A stretch of DNA of 64,000 bases from Nitrospirota bacterium (GCA_963845065.1 CAWJQQ010000001.1:896001-960000); one strand, 5' to 3'. Shown: positions 38,780 to 48,570, numbered from the stretch's first letter. Made by a program: numbers and translations. Notes: generated by a model from the letters alone, not told the origin.

Positions 38780-40333
38780 TCATCGTGGTTTTGTGACGGA
38801 AATTGATTTTTTCGGGATTCCTGCCAGCAGGATGAGGCTTACGATCACGCAGGCATAGGAGAAGATGTCTCCGAATCGGGTATACAGGGACCGTTCAGTA
38901 CCCGGTTCAAGCTTGTGAGTTAAATATGCTTCAGTGAATATTCCCGAGGTTTCGAGAATCCTTCCCCGTGAATCGATAAATCCCGAAATGCCCGTGTTTG
39001 CAGCGCGGGCGACAGGCACGCGGTTCTCAACCGCCCGGAAAACCGCCATAGAAAAGTGTTGGTAGGGGGCGGCCGTCCTTCCAAACCATGCATCATTCGT
39101 GATCGTTGTCACAATCTCGGCCCCACGATCGACAAATCTTCTGACGAGATCGGGGAATATAATCTCATAACAAATGACCGTACAAAGCTTTACGTTTTTT
39201 CGCTGTCCTGGTTCGCCATAGGGCACCGTCATAACCGTATACTCGTCCCCAGCCTGAAAATCGCCATTCGTCTTCACCATCTTTTCGATAAATAACAGGA
39301 CTTTATTGAGCGGCACGTATTCACCGAAGGGGACCAAGTGTATTTTATGGTATACAGCAGCGATGTGCCCGTCTCCCATGATCAGAAATGCAGAGTTCCT
39401 TCCGATGATCCGCCTGTTAGGTTGCATCTCATAAGTTGGGCTTCCGGTGAGCAGCGGCACATGGTTCTGCCGCACGAATTCAATAAGATCTGCAGTCATA
39501 ACGCGATCGTTCGTACCGACTCCCGTAAAATAGAAGGGGGTAGAGGTCTCAGGCCAGATGATTAGGTCTGGTTGCTGCCTCAGAGCGTTTTGTGTCAGTC
39601 GTTTGTAGGTTGCCATCACATCTGACTGGTACGCAGGGTCCCATTTTTTGTCCTGCTCGATATTTCCCTGAACAACAGAGATGTTGATCCCACTGCCGGA
39701 TACTTCAGGTGCTCGGAGTTTCATAAATCCGTAGCCAAGAACGAAGATTACAACGACGGCAGTGGTGATGATCGGGACATTATTTTTCTTGTCCAAGATA
39801 ATTGTCGCCAGTGCGGCATTCACTAGCACTATAATGAACGAAACTCCATACACACCTGTGATGTCAGAAATCTGTATGACCGGAAGTACAGTGTATTGCG
39901 TATAACCGAGCAATGACCACGGGAATCCGCTGAACACATACGTCCGCGCAAGTTCAAAAGTTGTCCAGATCAAAGGTGCAGCGACGAAAAACAGTTTCGG
40001 TTTATTGTTCCTGATGGTGACAGCACAGGCGCCAAACAAAGCCGGGTAGAGCGCGAGGTAAGCGCAGAGGAACAAGTTGATAAGGGATGCGGGGATGAGC
40101 GGATAACCGCCATAGAAATGTATGGAATTTGTGATCCAGTGAATCGTGCCGGCAAAGAACACGATGCCCGTGATACTGCCATGCCAAAAACCGTTTTTGA
40201 CATTCTTTTCCTTGAGCGCGAAGAAGAGCGGAATAAGGCCAACCCAAGCAAGGAAATGGAGATTGAAGACAGGAAAGGCTGAGGCGAGGAGAATACCGGA
40301 AAACGCGGCGAGGGCCGCGGACCGGGGGTTCAT
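38780..40333 (-). CDS. lnt: Apolipoprotein N-acyltransferase
   Basis: GFPW, VQGNI, WPE, K.HLVPFGEY, ICYE, NDAWFG, RAVE, RAANTGIS. Confidence 0.96.
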   Translation of the reverse strand: MNPRSAALAAFSGILLASAFPVFNLHFLAWVGLIPLFFALKEKNVKNGFWHGSITGIVFFAGTIHWITNSIHFYGGYPLIPASLINLFLCAYLALYPALFGACAVTIRNNKPKLFFVAAPLIWTTFELARTYVFSGFPWSLLGYTQYTVLPVIQISDITGVYGVSFIIVLVNAALATIILDKKNNVPIITTAVVVIFVLGYGFMKLRAPEVSGSGINISVVQGNIEQDKKWDPAYQSDVMATYKRLTQNALRQQPDLIIWPETSTPFYFTGVGTNDRVMTADLIEFVRQNHVPLLTGSPTYEMQPNRRIIGRNSAFLIMGDGHIAAVYHKIHLVPFGEYVPLNKVLLFIEKMVKTNGDFQAGDEYTVMTVPYGEPGQRKNVKLCTVICYEIIFPDLVRRFVDRGAEIVTTITNDAWFGRTAAPYQHFSMAVFRAVENRVPVARAANTGISGFIDSRGRILETSGIFTEAYLTHKLEPGTERSLYTRFGDIFSYACVIVSLILLAGIPKKSISVTKPR

Positions 40334-40334
40334 G

Positions 40335-40739
40335 CTACTTTGACGCTTTCTGTTCCTGCATCCATTTTAAGAGCCCGTCCTTCATGCTACTGTTGATGGG
40401 CTCGCTAGCTGATGCTGAAAGCGATGGTTGCTGGTGCATCGGCTGGGTATTGCGTGATGCACTCTTCTGAGGTTTTGAATTTGGAGCGACGGCCGGTTTC
40501 ACGGCCGAAGGCCGCTGCTGCGCCGGCTGCCGCTTCTGCTCCTCCTGAACAGCGAGGCTCAGAGTGGAAATCGCATGCCTGTACAGAATTTCCCGCTTCT
40601 GGCCTTCCATGATGATGACGTAGCTGTCGAATGCCTTAATTTTCCCCGAAACACGAATCTTGTTCTGGAGCGTTACAGTTACGGGTGTCTGCTCGGTCAG
40701 ATATGTGTTCAGCATCCGGTCGAGGAGATTGATTTCCAT
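40335..40739 (-). CDS. hfq: Hfq-like RNA chaperone with a long Q/P/S-rich tail
   Basis: PVTVTLQNKIRVSGKIKAFDSYVI..LYRHAIST; GAGGTG RBS. Confidence 0.8.
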   Translation of the reverse strand: MEINLLDRMLNTYLTEQTPVTVTLQNKIRVSGKIKAFDSYVIIMEGQKREILYRHAISTLSLAVQEEQKRQPAQQRPSAVKPAVAPNSKPQKSASRNTQPMHQQPSLSASASEPINSSMKDGLLKWMQEQKASK

Positions 40740-40757
40740 GGAGAACACCTCATTCAA

Positions 40758-41240
40758 CTACCGATTGATTGTTGTGATCGAATGTTTATAGAATAAATGT
40801 TGTTTTCCGCCTTCTTTCAGCAGGATCGTAAAACTGTCATATGCTTCGATATTCCCCTTGATACGCTGCCCGTTGATCAGATATAGCGTAAGCACCTGGT
40901 TTTCCTTGATAGCTTTGTCGAGAAACTCCTGTTGGATGTTCGGTCGTCCTGACGCCGCCTCTGGCAGCTGCGCATGATCAGAGACTACAGGAATGACTTG
41001 TGGCGCGGAAAACGCAAGGAGAACCTGCGGAGCGGTGAGAAAGGATATTTCTTGCTTTAAAAGAGTGACGATCTTGCCACCTGAATCAAGATTTATTTCG
41101 TACCGCCCGATTTCGCGGATGATTCCCTCAAATTCGGTTGTGTTCATCTGGCCAATATGAAGCTTGATACCGCTTGCTAAAGCCTGTGACAGGAATTGAG
41201 GTTCTACAGTTACATTTGATTCTTCCTTCAATACTTCCAT
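40758..41240 (-). CDS. hfq: Tandem-domain Hfq-like protein (start uncertain)
   Basis: C-domain NIQQEFL..LYLINGQRIKGNIEAYDSFTILL..FYKHSITT; divergent N-domain EPQFL..FEGIIREIGRYEINL..LLKQEISF. Confidence 0.8.
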   Translation of the reverse strand: MEVLKEESNVTVEPQFLSQALASGIKLHIGQMNTTEFEGIIREIGRYEINLDSGGKIVTLLKQEISFLTAPQVLLAFSAPQVIPVVSDHAQLPEAASGRPNIQQEFLDKAIKENQVLTLYLINGQRIKGNIEAYDSFTILLKEGGKQHLFYKHSITTINR

Positions 41241-41530
41241 TGAGAAAATCATATCTGAAATTATTTCTTTTTGCAAGGAAATTGTGCGGACCGTTTGTTT
41301 GACTCGTTTAGTAAAAACGACTAGGGCTACGTTTGTCCGTTATGAAGTTAGAAATACGACACGTTTCTTTCCGGAGTGGGGCTTCCAAAGGGTTAAGGCA
41401 AAAAGATATAGAAGAAGATGTTTTCATCATTGAAAATCTATATTCACTTGATGAATATTGCGTCCTTCTCACTGCAGCAGAGCTTTTTCTTTATTGACTT
41501 TTCATGGTGTATAGCCTAATATCCAACGCT

Positions 41531-41899
41531 ATGTATGAGCTTATGGTTGAATCAAAATTTGCAGCGGCCCATCAACTTCGAGGTTATCAGGGTAAGTGTG
41601 AAAAACTCCACGGCCATAACTGGCGAGTGACAATTGCCGTGACAGCTGAAAGACTAGATGAACAGGGGTTGGCAATAGATTTTCAGGATATGAAAAGTGC
41701 ACTCCGTGAGGTGCTCGACCAACTTGAACATTCTTTTTTGAACGAAATATTCCCTTTTACTCAGATCAACCCATCATCGGAAAACGTAGCCAAGTGGATT
41801 TACGATAACATGGCGAAGAAAATCGATGATGAGAATGTCGAAGTCGCGAGCGTGACCGTCTGGGAGTCCGACACAGCATCTGCTAGTTACTTTGAGTAA
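41531..41899 (+). CDS. queD: 6-carboxy-5,6,7,8-tetrahydropterin synthase
   Basis: FAAAHQL, CEKLHGHNW, NPSSEN, VWES. Confidence 0.94.
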   Translation: MYELMVESKFAAAHQLRGYQGKCEKLHGHNWRVTIAVTAERLDEQGLAIDFQDMKSALREVLDQLEHSFLNEIFPFTQINPSSENVAKWIYDNMAKKIDDENVEVASVTVWESDTASASYFE

Positions 41900-41938
41900 A
41901 TTCTGTTTTGCTTTACCGCAGGGCGCAGAGGAGGTAAC

Positions 41939-43276
41939 ATGAACAGAAACACTGCGGAAAAGATTCTCTCTTATGCCCTATCCCACAATGCCGATGCAGC
42001 AGAAGTTTTTCTCCGGGCCTATTCCTCGACATCGATTGAAGTAAAAGACCAAAAGGTTGATGCTTTCGACCGCGCTAAGGATATCGGGGCTGGGCTCCGT
42101 CTACTCGTCGGAGCGCGCATGGGTTTTGCCTTCACGACCGACCTCTCCGAAAATTCACTCAAAACGCTTGCCCAGGCTGCCGTCACGAACGCCCAAAACA
42201 CGGAGCCAGATCCGTTCCATTCTCTCCCCAACAAGCCTGCTATTGCTTATCATGATGTAAATATCTTTGATTCACAAATCATTAATCTGGCTGAGAAAGA
42301 AAAGATTGAACGGGTGATGGCTATGGAACGGGAAGCTTTCGCCGTAGATGCGCGGATAAAGCGTATCCGCAAAGCTTCTGCCACCTTCTCCGACGCCGAT
42401 ACTATGATCATGAATACCAATGGAGCAGAGTCGTCGTACCGGAGCACTGCTTGCTCATCAAGCATTGAGGTCGTTGCTGAAGATAAGGGTGAAGCGCAGA
42501 CAGGTTCCGAATTCGATGTGACCCGCTTTTACGGGAAACTTCGTATTGAGGCAGTGGGCCGGAAGGCCGCACAGAATGCCCTCGACCTGCTTGGCGCAAA
42601 ACACATCAATTCCATCAAAGCTCCAGTCCTTCTCGAAGCGACGGTGGCCCAGGAGTTTCTATCGATGATGGCAAGCGGCTTTTCTGCGGAAACTGTGCAG
42701 AAGAAGCGGTCGCTCTTCATCGGCAAACTTGGTCAGGAAGTTGCTTCCCCGGTCATCACAGTGTTCGATGATGGCCTGCTTGAGGGAGGGCTCGGGACTG
42801 TACCATCGGACGACGAGACCGTGCCGATTATAAAAAAAACAGTGATAGAACAGGGACGACTAGCTATGTTCCTCTATAATACATACACGGCAAACAAAGA
42901 CAAGACCGTATCAACGGGAAACGGCATGCGTGGCGGGTTTAAGGGCATTCTCGGCGTGGGCCTGACAAATCTCTATGTTGAACCGGGCACGTATACTCTC
43001 GAAGATCTAGTCAAGTCAATCGATAAGGGCTTATACGTCTCGGAAGTCATGGGTATGCATACCGCCAATCCCATCTCAGGAGACTTTTCAGTGGGAGCAA
43101 CTGGATTCTGGATAGAGACGGGGAAAAAAGCCTATCCCGTACGCGAGATCACACTTGCGGGTAATATTCTTGATCTTATGAAATATGTGGATGCCGTGGG
43201 TAACGATCTTCGCTTTTCTGGCAAGATCGGCAGCCCGTCGCTTCGTATCAAAGAACTTTCGATCGGAGGGAAGTGA
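41939..43276 (+). CDS. pmbA: TldE/PmbA-family protein
   Basis: STGNG, TNLY, NPISGDFSVG, VREITLAGN, SPSL; no HExxH. Confidence 0.85.
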   Translation: MNRNTAEKILSYALSHNADAAEVFLRAYSSTSIEVKDQKVDAFDRAKDIGAGLRLLVGARMGFAFTTDLSENSLKTLAQAAVTNAQNTEPDPFHSLPNKPAIAYHDVNIFDSQIINLAEKEKIERVMAMEREAFAVDARIKRIRKASATFSDADTMIMNTNGAESSYRSTACSSSIEVVAEDKGEAQTGSEFDVTRFYGKLRIEAVGRKAAQNALDLLGAKHINSIKAPVLLEATVAQEFLSMMASGFSAETVQKKRSLFIGKLGQEVASPVITVFDDGLLEGGLGTVPSDDETVPIIKKTVIEQGRLAMFLYNTYTANKDKTVSTGNGMRGGFKGILGVGLTNLYVEPGTYTLEDLVKSIDKGLYVSEVMGMHTANPISGDFSVGATGFWIETGKKAYPVREITLAGNILDLMKYVDAVGNDLRFSGKIGSPSLRIKELSIGGK

Positions 43277-43295
43277 GATTCAGTCGGTTACCACC

Positions 43296-44951
43296 TCATG
43301 CTGGATTCTGAATAACGAACGCTGAGCTATCTTCTTCCCACACTTTTTTCTCGACCTCTTTTAATAAACTTCCCAATGTATCCTTATTGATCGCCGAGCA
43401 TGCAACACCCCTGAACCTGCCTGCTATAGTTTTTCCCCAGAGTGGGTTTACGAGGTCCACCTTGTTAAACACGACAAGCTGGGGGATATGATCAAGGCCG
43501 ATTTCGCTCAAGAGATTATTCACGGAATCCATTTGCTGCTCGAACCGAGGATTGCTGATATCAACTACGTGCAGGATCAGATCAGCATCCTGCATTTCAT
43601 CGAGCGTAGCACGGAAAGCTCCCAGCAAATCTTTCGGTAGGTCTTTAATGAAACCTACAGTGTCGGTAATGACGACCTCGCGATCGCGCGGGAAACGGAG
43701 TCTCCGTGTAGCTGTGTCGAGTGTGGCGAATAAGAGGTTTTCCGCCTTGACCTCAGATTTCGTCAGCGCATTGAAGAGCGTAGACTTGCCTGCATTCGTG
43801 TAACCAGCGATTGATACGATGGGGATCTCGCTTTTGATACGTCGCTCGCGCCGCTGGTCTCTGGCCTTGCCCAAGGAATCGAGCTGCTTCTCCAGCATCC
43901 GGATTTTATCCCTGGCACGCCGCATATCGACCTCAAGCCGCGTTTCGCCCGGACCTCTACCGCCGATGCCGCCGGTGAGACGTGAGAGGGCGGTAGAACG
44001 TTCCGACAACCTCGGCAACCGGTACTTGAGTTGGGCAAGCTCGACCTGAACCTTCCCATCGCCGCTTTGAGCCCTCCCGGCGAAGATGTCGAGAATGAGC
44101 TGGGTACGGTCGATGACACGCATCTCAGTGATGTCGCCAATCGCTTTGACCTGGGCAGGCGATAGGTTTTGATCAAAGACGATTAGGTCGGCACCAAGCT
44201 GCTGCGAACGGATGATAAGCTCTTTGAGCTTGCCTTCTCCTAGCAGATATTTGGGATTGATATCATGCAGGCGCTGTATAACCATATCGAGTACCGTGAT
44301 GCCATCCGTTCGCGCAAGTTCTTTTAACTCATCAACGGACTCCTCCTGCTCGTGTCTGCTTTTTTTCGATACACTTACAAGGATGGCGCGGTCTTTTTGG
44401 GAGACTTCGTTCGCGGCCACCGCACGTTCCATCTGACGCTCGATGTCCGAGATGAATTCAGAGGCATCAAGCGCGATTGTATGCACGGACTGTGGCGGCA
44501 GGACCTCGTACAGCTTTTCTTCGGGATTGGGCGGGACAAGGTAGGCGATTGAGATGTTTCCGGGTAGACCATCGGCCTGGACCATGAGTACGGCCATGAG
44601 ATCCAGTCGGAGCAGGGCAAGGTCTGTCAGGTCTTCCTGGTTCAGCAGCTGGCCCTTAAGATGAGTGTGAATAAAACGGACGCCTCGAAGCCTTCTACCA
44701 CCCAGACGATGCTCGGACAAGTCGGGAATGAGAATATCCTTGTTTGTGCCGACAAGCACGTTTCGTACGCTTCCGGAGCGGTCGATGATGAGGCCGATCT
44801 GCCTGCCTGTCTTCGCCGAGGCCTCTGAAAGCACCCTCGCTGCCTCGGGGGTGATAACAGCGTCAGGCGGCATTTTCCTTCGGTAGAGGCGCTCGAGCAT
44901 TTTTACTTCAGCAGCTTTGAGGCCTGTTGTATTTCCGTGGATAGTGGGGAT
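43296..44951 (-). CDS. hflX: GTPase HflX, long form; probable ATC start at 44951
   Basis: DRTQLILDIFA, GGRGPGET, GYTNAGKST, LFATLD, DTVGF, NKVD; in-frame upstream IPTIHGNTTGLK with GAGGAG 6 nt before ATC. Confidence 0.93.
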   Translation of the reverse strand: MPTIHGNTTGLKAAEVKMLERLYRRKMPPDAVITPEAARVLSEASAKTGRQIGLIIDRSGSVRNVLVGTNKDILIPDLSEHRLGGRRLRGVRFIHTHLKGQLLNQEDLTDLALLRLDLMAVLMVQADGLPGNISIAYLVPPNPEEKLYEVLPPQSVHTIALDASEFISDIERQMERAVAANEVSQKDRAILVSVSKKSRHEQEESVDELKELARTDGITVLDMVIQRLHDINPKYLLGEGKLKELIIRSQQLGADLIVFDQNLSPAQVKAIGDITEMRVIDRTQLILDIFAGRAQSGDGKVQVELAQLKYRLPRLSERSTALSRLTGGIGGRGPGETRLEVDMRRARDKIRMLEKQLDSLGKARDQRRERRIKSEIPIVSIAGYTNAGKSTLFNALTKSEVKAENLLFATLDTATRRLRFPRDREVVITDTVGFIKDLPKDLLGAFRATLDEMQDADLILHVVDISNPRFEQQMDSVNNLLSEIGLDHIPQLVVFNKVDLVNPLWGKTIAGRFRGVACSAINKDTLGSLLKEVEKKVWEEDSSAFVIQNPA

Positions 44952-45045
44952 AGGGGTCTCCTCGAAAAAATCAGTGTAAAAACAGCTACAGCGCAGGAAA
45001 GCACCCGCGCTGTATTTATTGTATCATAATTATCGAGGCACAGCA

Positions 45046-45543
45046 TTACTTCACGAGAAACACAATGTCATGTTCCCGTGCATGGTCTCTTACCTTGATG
45101 CCGACGCTCTGGCCTGCCGCTGCCAGGTTTATGTGCTGGTGTTCATACTCCATGGATTCAACGGACTGCGTGAAATCTGTTATGTGACCTTTAACATGGA
45201 TAGTAGCTCCGGTTTTGAGGACCCCTTTATTGAGCTGGATAACCGCTACACCGAGGTGGCTGTAATAATGTGTCACGATGGCTATGGCCTCTTCGATCGG
45301 GGCGGGCTCTTCTACAGGCGGAATGCTGCGTAGCAGCGGGACCGGTTCATTGATTGCCGGTTTTGACGACACAGCCTTTTTGCCGGCAGATTTGTCTTTT
45401 TCGACCGCTATTTTCTTAGCAAGTTTTTTTGCAGGGTTTTTCGTTACTTTTTTCTTTATGACCTTATTTCTGATAGTTTTTTTGGCGGGTTTACGAGAAG
45501 TGTCTTTCTTATTTGAACTCTTGCCTTTTACTTTTTTCGGCAT
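45046..45543 (-). CDS. Lys-rich N-terminus plus translation-factor-like beta-barrel domain protein
   Basis: KKPAKK-type N-term; VTHYYSHLGVAV..G..IHVKGH.TDFTQ.VESM..GQSVGIKV..REHD. Confidence 0.75.
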   Translation of the reverse strand: MPKKVKGKSSNKKDTSRKPAKKTIRNKVIKKKVTKNPAKKLAKKIAVEKDKSAGKKAVSSKPAINEPVPLLRSIPPVEEPAPIEEAIAIVTHYYSHLGVAVIQLNKGVLKTGATIHVKGHITDFTQSVESMEYEHQHINLAAAGQSVGIKVRDHAREHDIVFLVK

Positions 45544-45886
45544 CGATACCCTCCTCCTGATTTTTCTCTTGAATTAAACAAGCATGAACTATTCTTTTCG
45601 TCCCTCCCGAGAGGAAACTGATTCGATCAAGCGCGTTCGGAATGAGCATGTCTTAGGAAAAACTGCCAGAATTTTAGCAAAAAAAATGCAAAATGCAAGT
45701 TCAAAAGAGAACAGGTCAAAAGAGGCTAAAATCGGAGGTAATGGAATGTTCGAATGTTAGTTTGATAACGTCCGACAAATGTGAACTAAAATATGCAACA
45801 CAAAGCTGGCCTCTTATCGAAGTTCGACGGATTGCTCTTTTTAGTAAATCGGCGCGGGAATCTCCGCATGTTTTAGTGGTGGGAAT

Positions 45887-47168
45887 ATGCGAAAGCGCCG
45901 GGATAAACCGGTATAGAGCAGAGGGTGAAAGTCCCTTAGATGGAAGGACGAGCTGAACCATCATGGCCCCGAGTCATGCGCGGGCGGTCGTGAGATTGCA
46001 CGTGAAGCGTTGACGGTGGAAGCGTAGGCCACCGATTAAGCTCAGAAATTACACATTTCCGAGTGCCGATTGCGTACGTACATGGGGAAAGCATTAAAGT
46101 CGACAACGCTATCAGCCAATTGTCTATCAACTCCGCGGGGTCGAAGACCTTTGCATGAGAGCACAATCTATGTTCGAGAACCGGAAGATCTCAGCAGCAT
46201 CCGCCGTGGAAGTTGCATATCGGATCAGTAAAGGAAGGCCTGTGGCCGTAATCTTTATCTGTACGCTGTCTTGCAGTTTGATATCGGCATAGTACAAAGC
46301 GGCTGACAAGGCCGCAACCCAGCGGGTGAAAGTCCCACCATGCTAATTGGGCGATTCAGGCATGTAGTGATACAATAACGCATGATGGGCAACCAACACG
46401 AACAATGCGTGGCGTAAAAGGCCAAGCCGCCCATCTCGAAGGGGATGCGGTGGAAGCAGCCTGGGGCCTAGCAAGTATGGGAGCCCAAACATAAAGGAAT
46501 GACAGCAGCCCTGAAATTAGAGGTCTGCAGAAACTACATGGCAGAATCTCGGAGAGACAAAAGGGACTCTCGGCACACGGCGGATTTCTATAGGACCCGC
46601 GGCAAGGTCATAGAGCCAAATTACCGCGTCAAGACTCCATTAGATGTCGAGACGGTGCGAAAACCGATGTAGTAAGGGTGTATGCGAGCCAGCGCTTGAG
46701 CTGCGCTGCATCAGGAAGGCCTGTCGAGGAAAGCTATGGTCGCCAACCGGGCTCGGACAATCCGACCGTCCGGGATGAAAACGGAGGTTTCAGTGAACGT
46801 AAGGCATGGTGGAACTAGGAACCCATATCGCAAATCGAAAAGGCGATACTAGTCACTCCTCACCTAGGCATGCGTGTAACTGAAATCTATGCGGACTAAG
46901 AAGGAGCTGATCAAAACGGGGCTGCCTGCACTGTGGCGGAGGTTCTTGAGGTAGGGCTGGTGATCAAGGGGCATGCTGGGAAGTGGTCTGCGACCTGTAC
47001 TCAGAAACAGGAGCAAACAATGAGCTGACTTGACAGGTTACGCAAAGCATAAGATATGGGGAAACCCGAGTCCATTTACGTGAATTACCCGAGGCAGGAG
47101 CCGCGTGAAGTAATTTTCGCCGCACGGATCCGTGTGGGGGGGCCGGTAAGTGCCATCACTACTACGAT
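45887..47168 (+). ncRNA. ORF-less (IEP-deleted) group II intron, class E-like (outer intron)
   Basis: 5' atgcg, gggtgaaagtccc, ggccccgagtcatgcg..gaagcgttgac; DV gagccgcgtgaagtaattttcgccgcacggatc at 47098-47130; short DVI ending ctactacgat; only stubs of the RT ORF remain. Confidence 0.8.
46296..46896 (+). ncRNA. Nested ORF-less group II intron-like RNA with atypical domain V
   Basis: Second gggtgaaagtccc 5' domain; DV-like caaccgggctcggacaatccgaccgtccgggatg at 46744-46777; long DVI ending ctatgcggac. Confidence 0.7.
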
Positions 47169-47304
47169 CATCAATATAGAATCATCAAAAAGCCTTTGGC
47201 CGGCTCGAATAAATGTATCGCCAACTATCAGTTTTCACTCCGAAATATCTCTTTCGAGTTGACTGCGTTCAATGAATGGATTATGATTGTTGGACGTCCG
47301 CACT

Positions 47305-48333
47305 ATGAAAATTCTAATCATCAAGCTTTCCGCTATCGGCGATGTTGTACAGACGCTGCCGGCACTCGAAGCGATCAAAAAAATATTTCCCGACAGCGAA
47401 ATAACTTGGGTGGTTGAGGAAGCTGCAGCAGGTATCCTGGAGGGGCATCCGCTCATCAACCGATTACTTGTATCACAAAGGAAGGCTTGGCTACGCCTGC
47501 TCAAAAATCCGTTCTCTGCATGGCGGGGATTGAGCAACATCATCAGGTTTATTTACCTTTTGCGCAATATCCACTATGACATCGCCATAGATTTCCAGGG
47601 ACTCTTCAAGAGCGGCATCCTTATCGGTTTCGCCCGCGCCGACCGAAAAATAGGATTCGATCGTACTCGCGAATTTTCCTACTTGTTCCTAAACGAGCGA
47701 TTACCGGCCTATGACATTGAAAAACACGCACTCGAGCGGTATCTTGACATTGCACAGTATCTCGGCGCGAGAGATGTTTCACCAGCCTGTGCACTGCCGA
47801 TCAAAGAGGAGCAGGAAAAGATCAAACAACGGATTCAGGTGGTGAAGCCTCCCGGACGGCGTCTAGTGATTGTGAATCCCGGAGCGCGTTGGACAACAAA
47901 GCTGTGGCCGGAGAGAAATTTCGCAGAACTTGCGGACCGGTTAATTCAAGAAAAAAATGCAACAGTCATATTTACAGGTGGCCCCAACGACCGTAGGATG
48001 ATCGAACGGGTATTAACACTGATGAAGCACAGCAACGTTGAAAATTGGGCAGGGGAAACGACCCTCAAGGAATTGGCAGCACTCGCGTCGGTGTCCGATT
48101 TATTTATCACGACTGATACTGGGTCAATGCATCTTGCCGCAGCTGTCGGAGCGAAGGTCCTTGCACTCTTCGGACCCACGGCCCCGTGGAGAACCGGACC
48201 CTATGGGCGCTCAAACACGGTTGTGCGCTCGGGAATTGACTGCTCACCGTGCTTTCAGCGTACCTGCGGGAAGAATGTGAAGTGCATGACGGGAATTACC
48301 GTTGCAGATGTTATGAATAAACTCCCGCAGTAA
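47305..48333 (+). CDS. LPS heptosyltransferase (GT9, WaaC/WaaF-like)
   Basis: IKLSAIGDV, DFQGLFKS, PGARWTTKLW, DTGSMHLAAA, LFGPT. Confidence 0.92.
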   Translation: MKILIIKLSAIGDVVQTLPALEAIKKIFPDSEITWVVEEAAAGILEGHPLINRLLVSQRKAWLRLLKNPFSAWRGLSNIIRFIYLLRNIHYDIAIDFQGLFKSGILIGFARADRKIGFDRTREFSYLFLNERLPAYDIEKHALERYLDIAQYLGARDVSPACALPIKEEQEKIKQRIQVVKPPGRRLVIVNPGARWTTKLWPERNFAELADRLIQEKNATVIFTGGPNDRRMIERVLTLMKHSNVENWAGETTLKELAALASVSDLFITTDTGSMHLAAAVGAKVLALFGPTAPWRTGPYGRSNTVVRSGIDCSPCFQRTCGKNVKCMTGITVADVMNKLPQ

Positions 48334-48570
48334 AATTAAAAATATAGAATGACGAACGAGGGAGCCTCTCACATTCTGCTATCATTAACGTTTCTGTGAG
48401 GGATCATTTCTTTTCGGGTGCGGTGAATAAACTTACAGAGGTACAGGGACCGCGGCAGGAATCCAGAATTTTCATGTTTGCTTCATTCACCCAGAATGCA
48501 AGAGGGTCTAGAAATTTTATCAGGAAAGTCGACTTCAAATTTGAAATCGGCTGATCATGTCTCGAGGCCA

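Noticed and set aside
45693..46309. Short ORFs in the intron region
   Set aside because: No RT or maturase motifs; the region is explained as structured RNA
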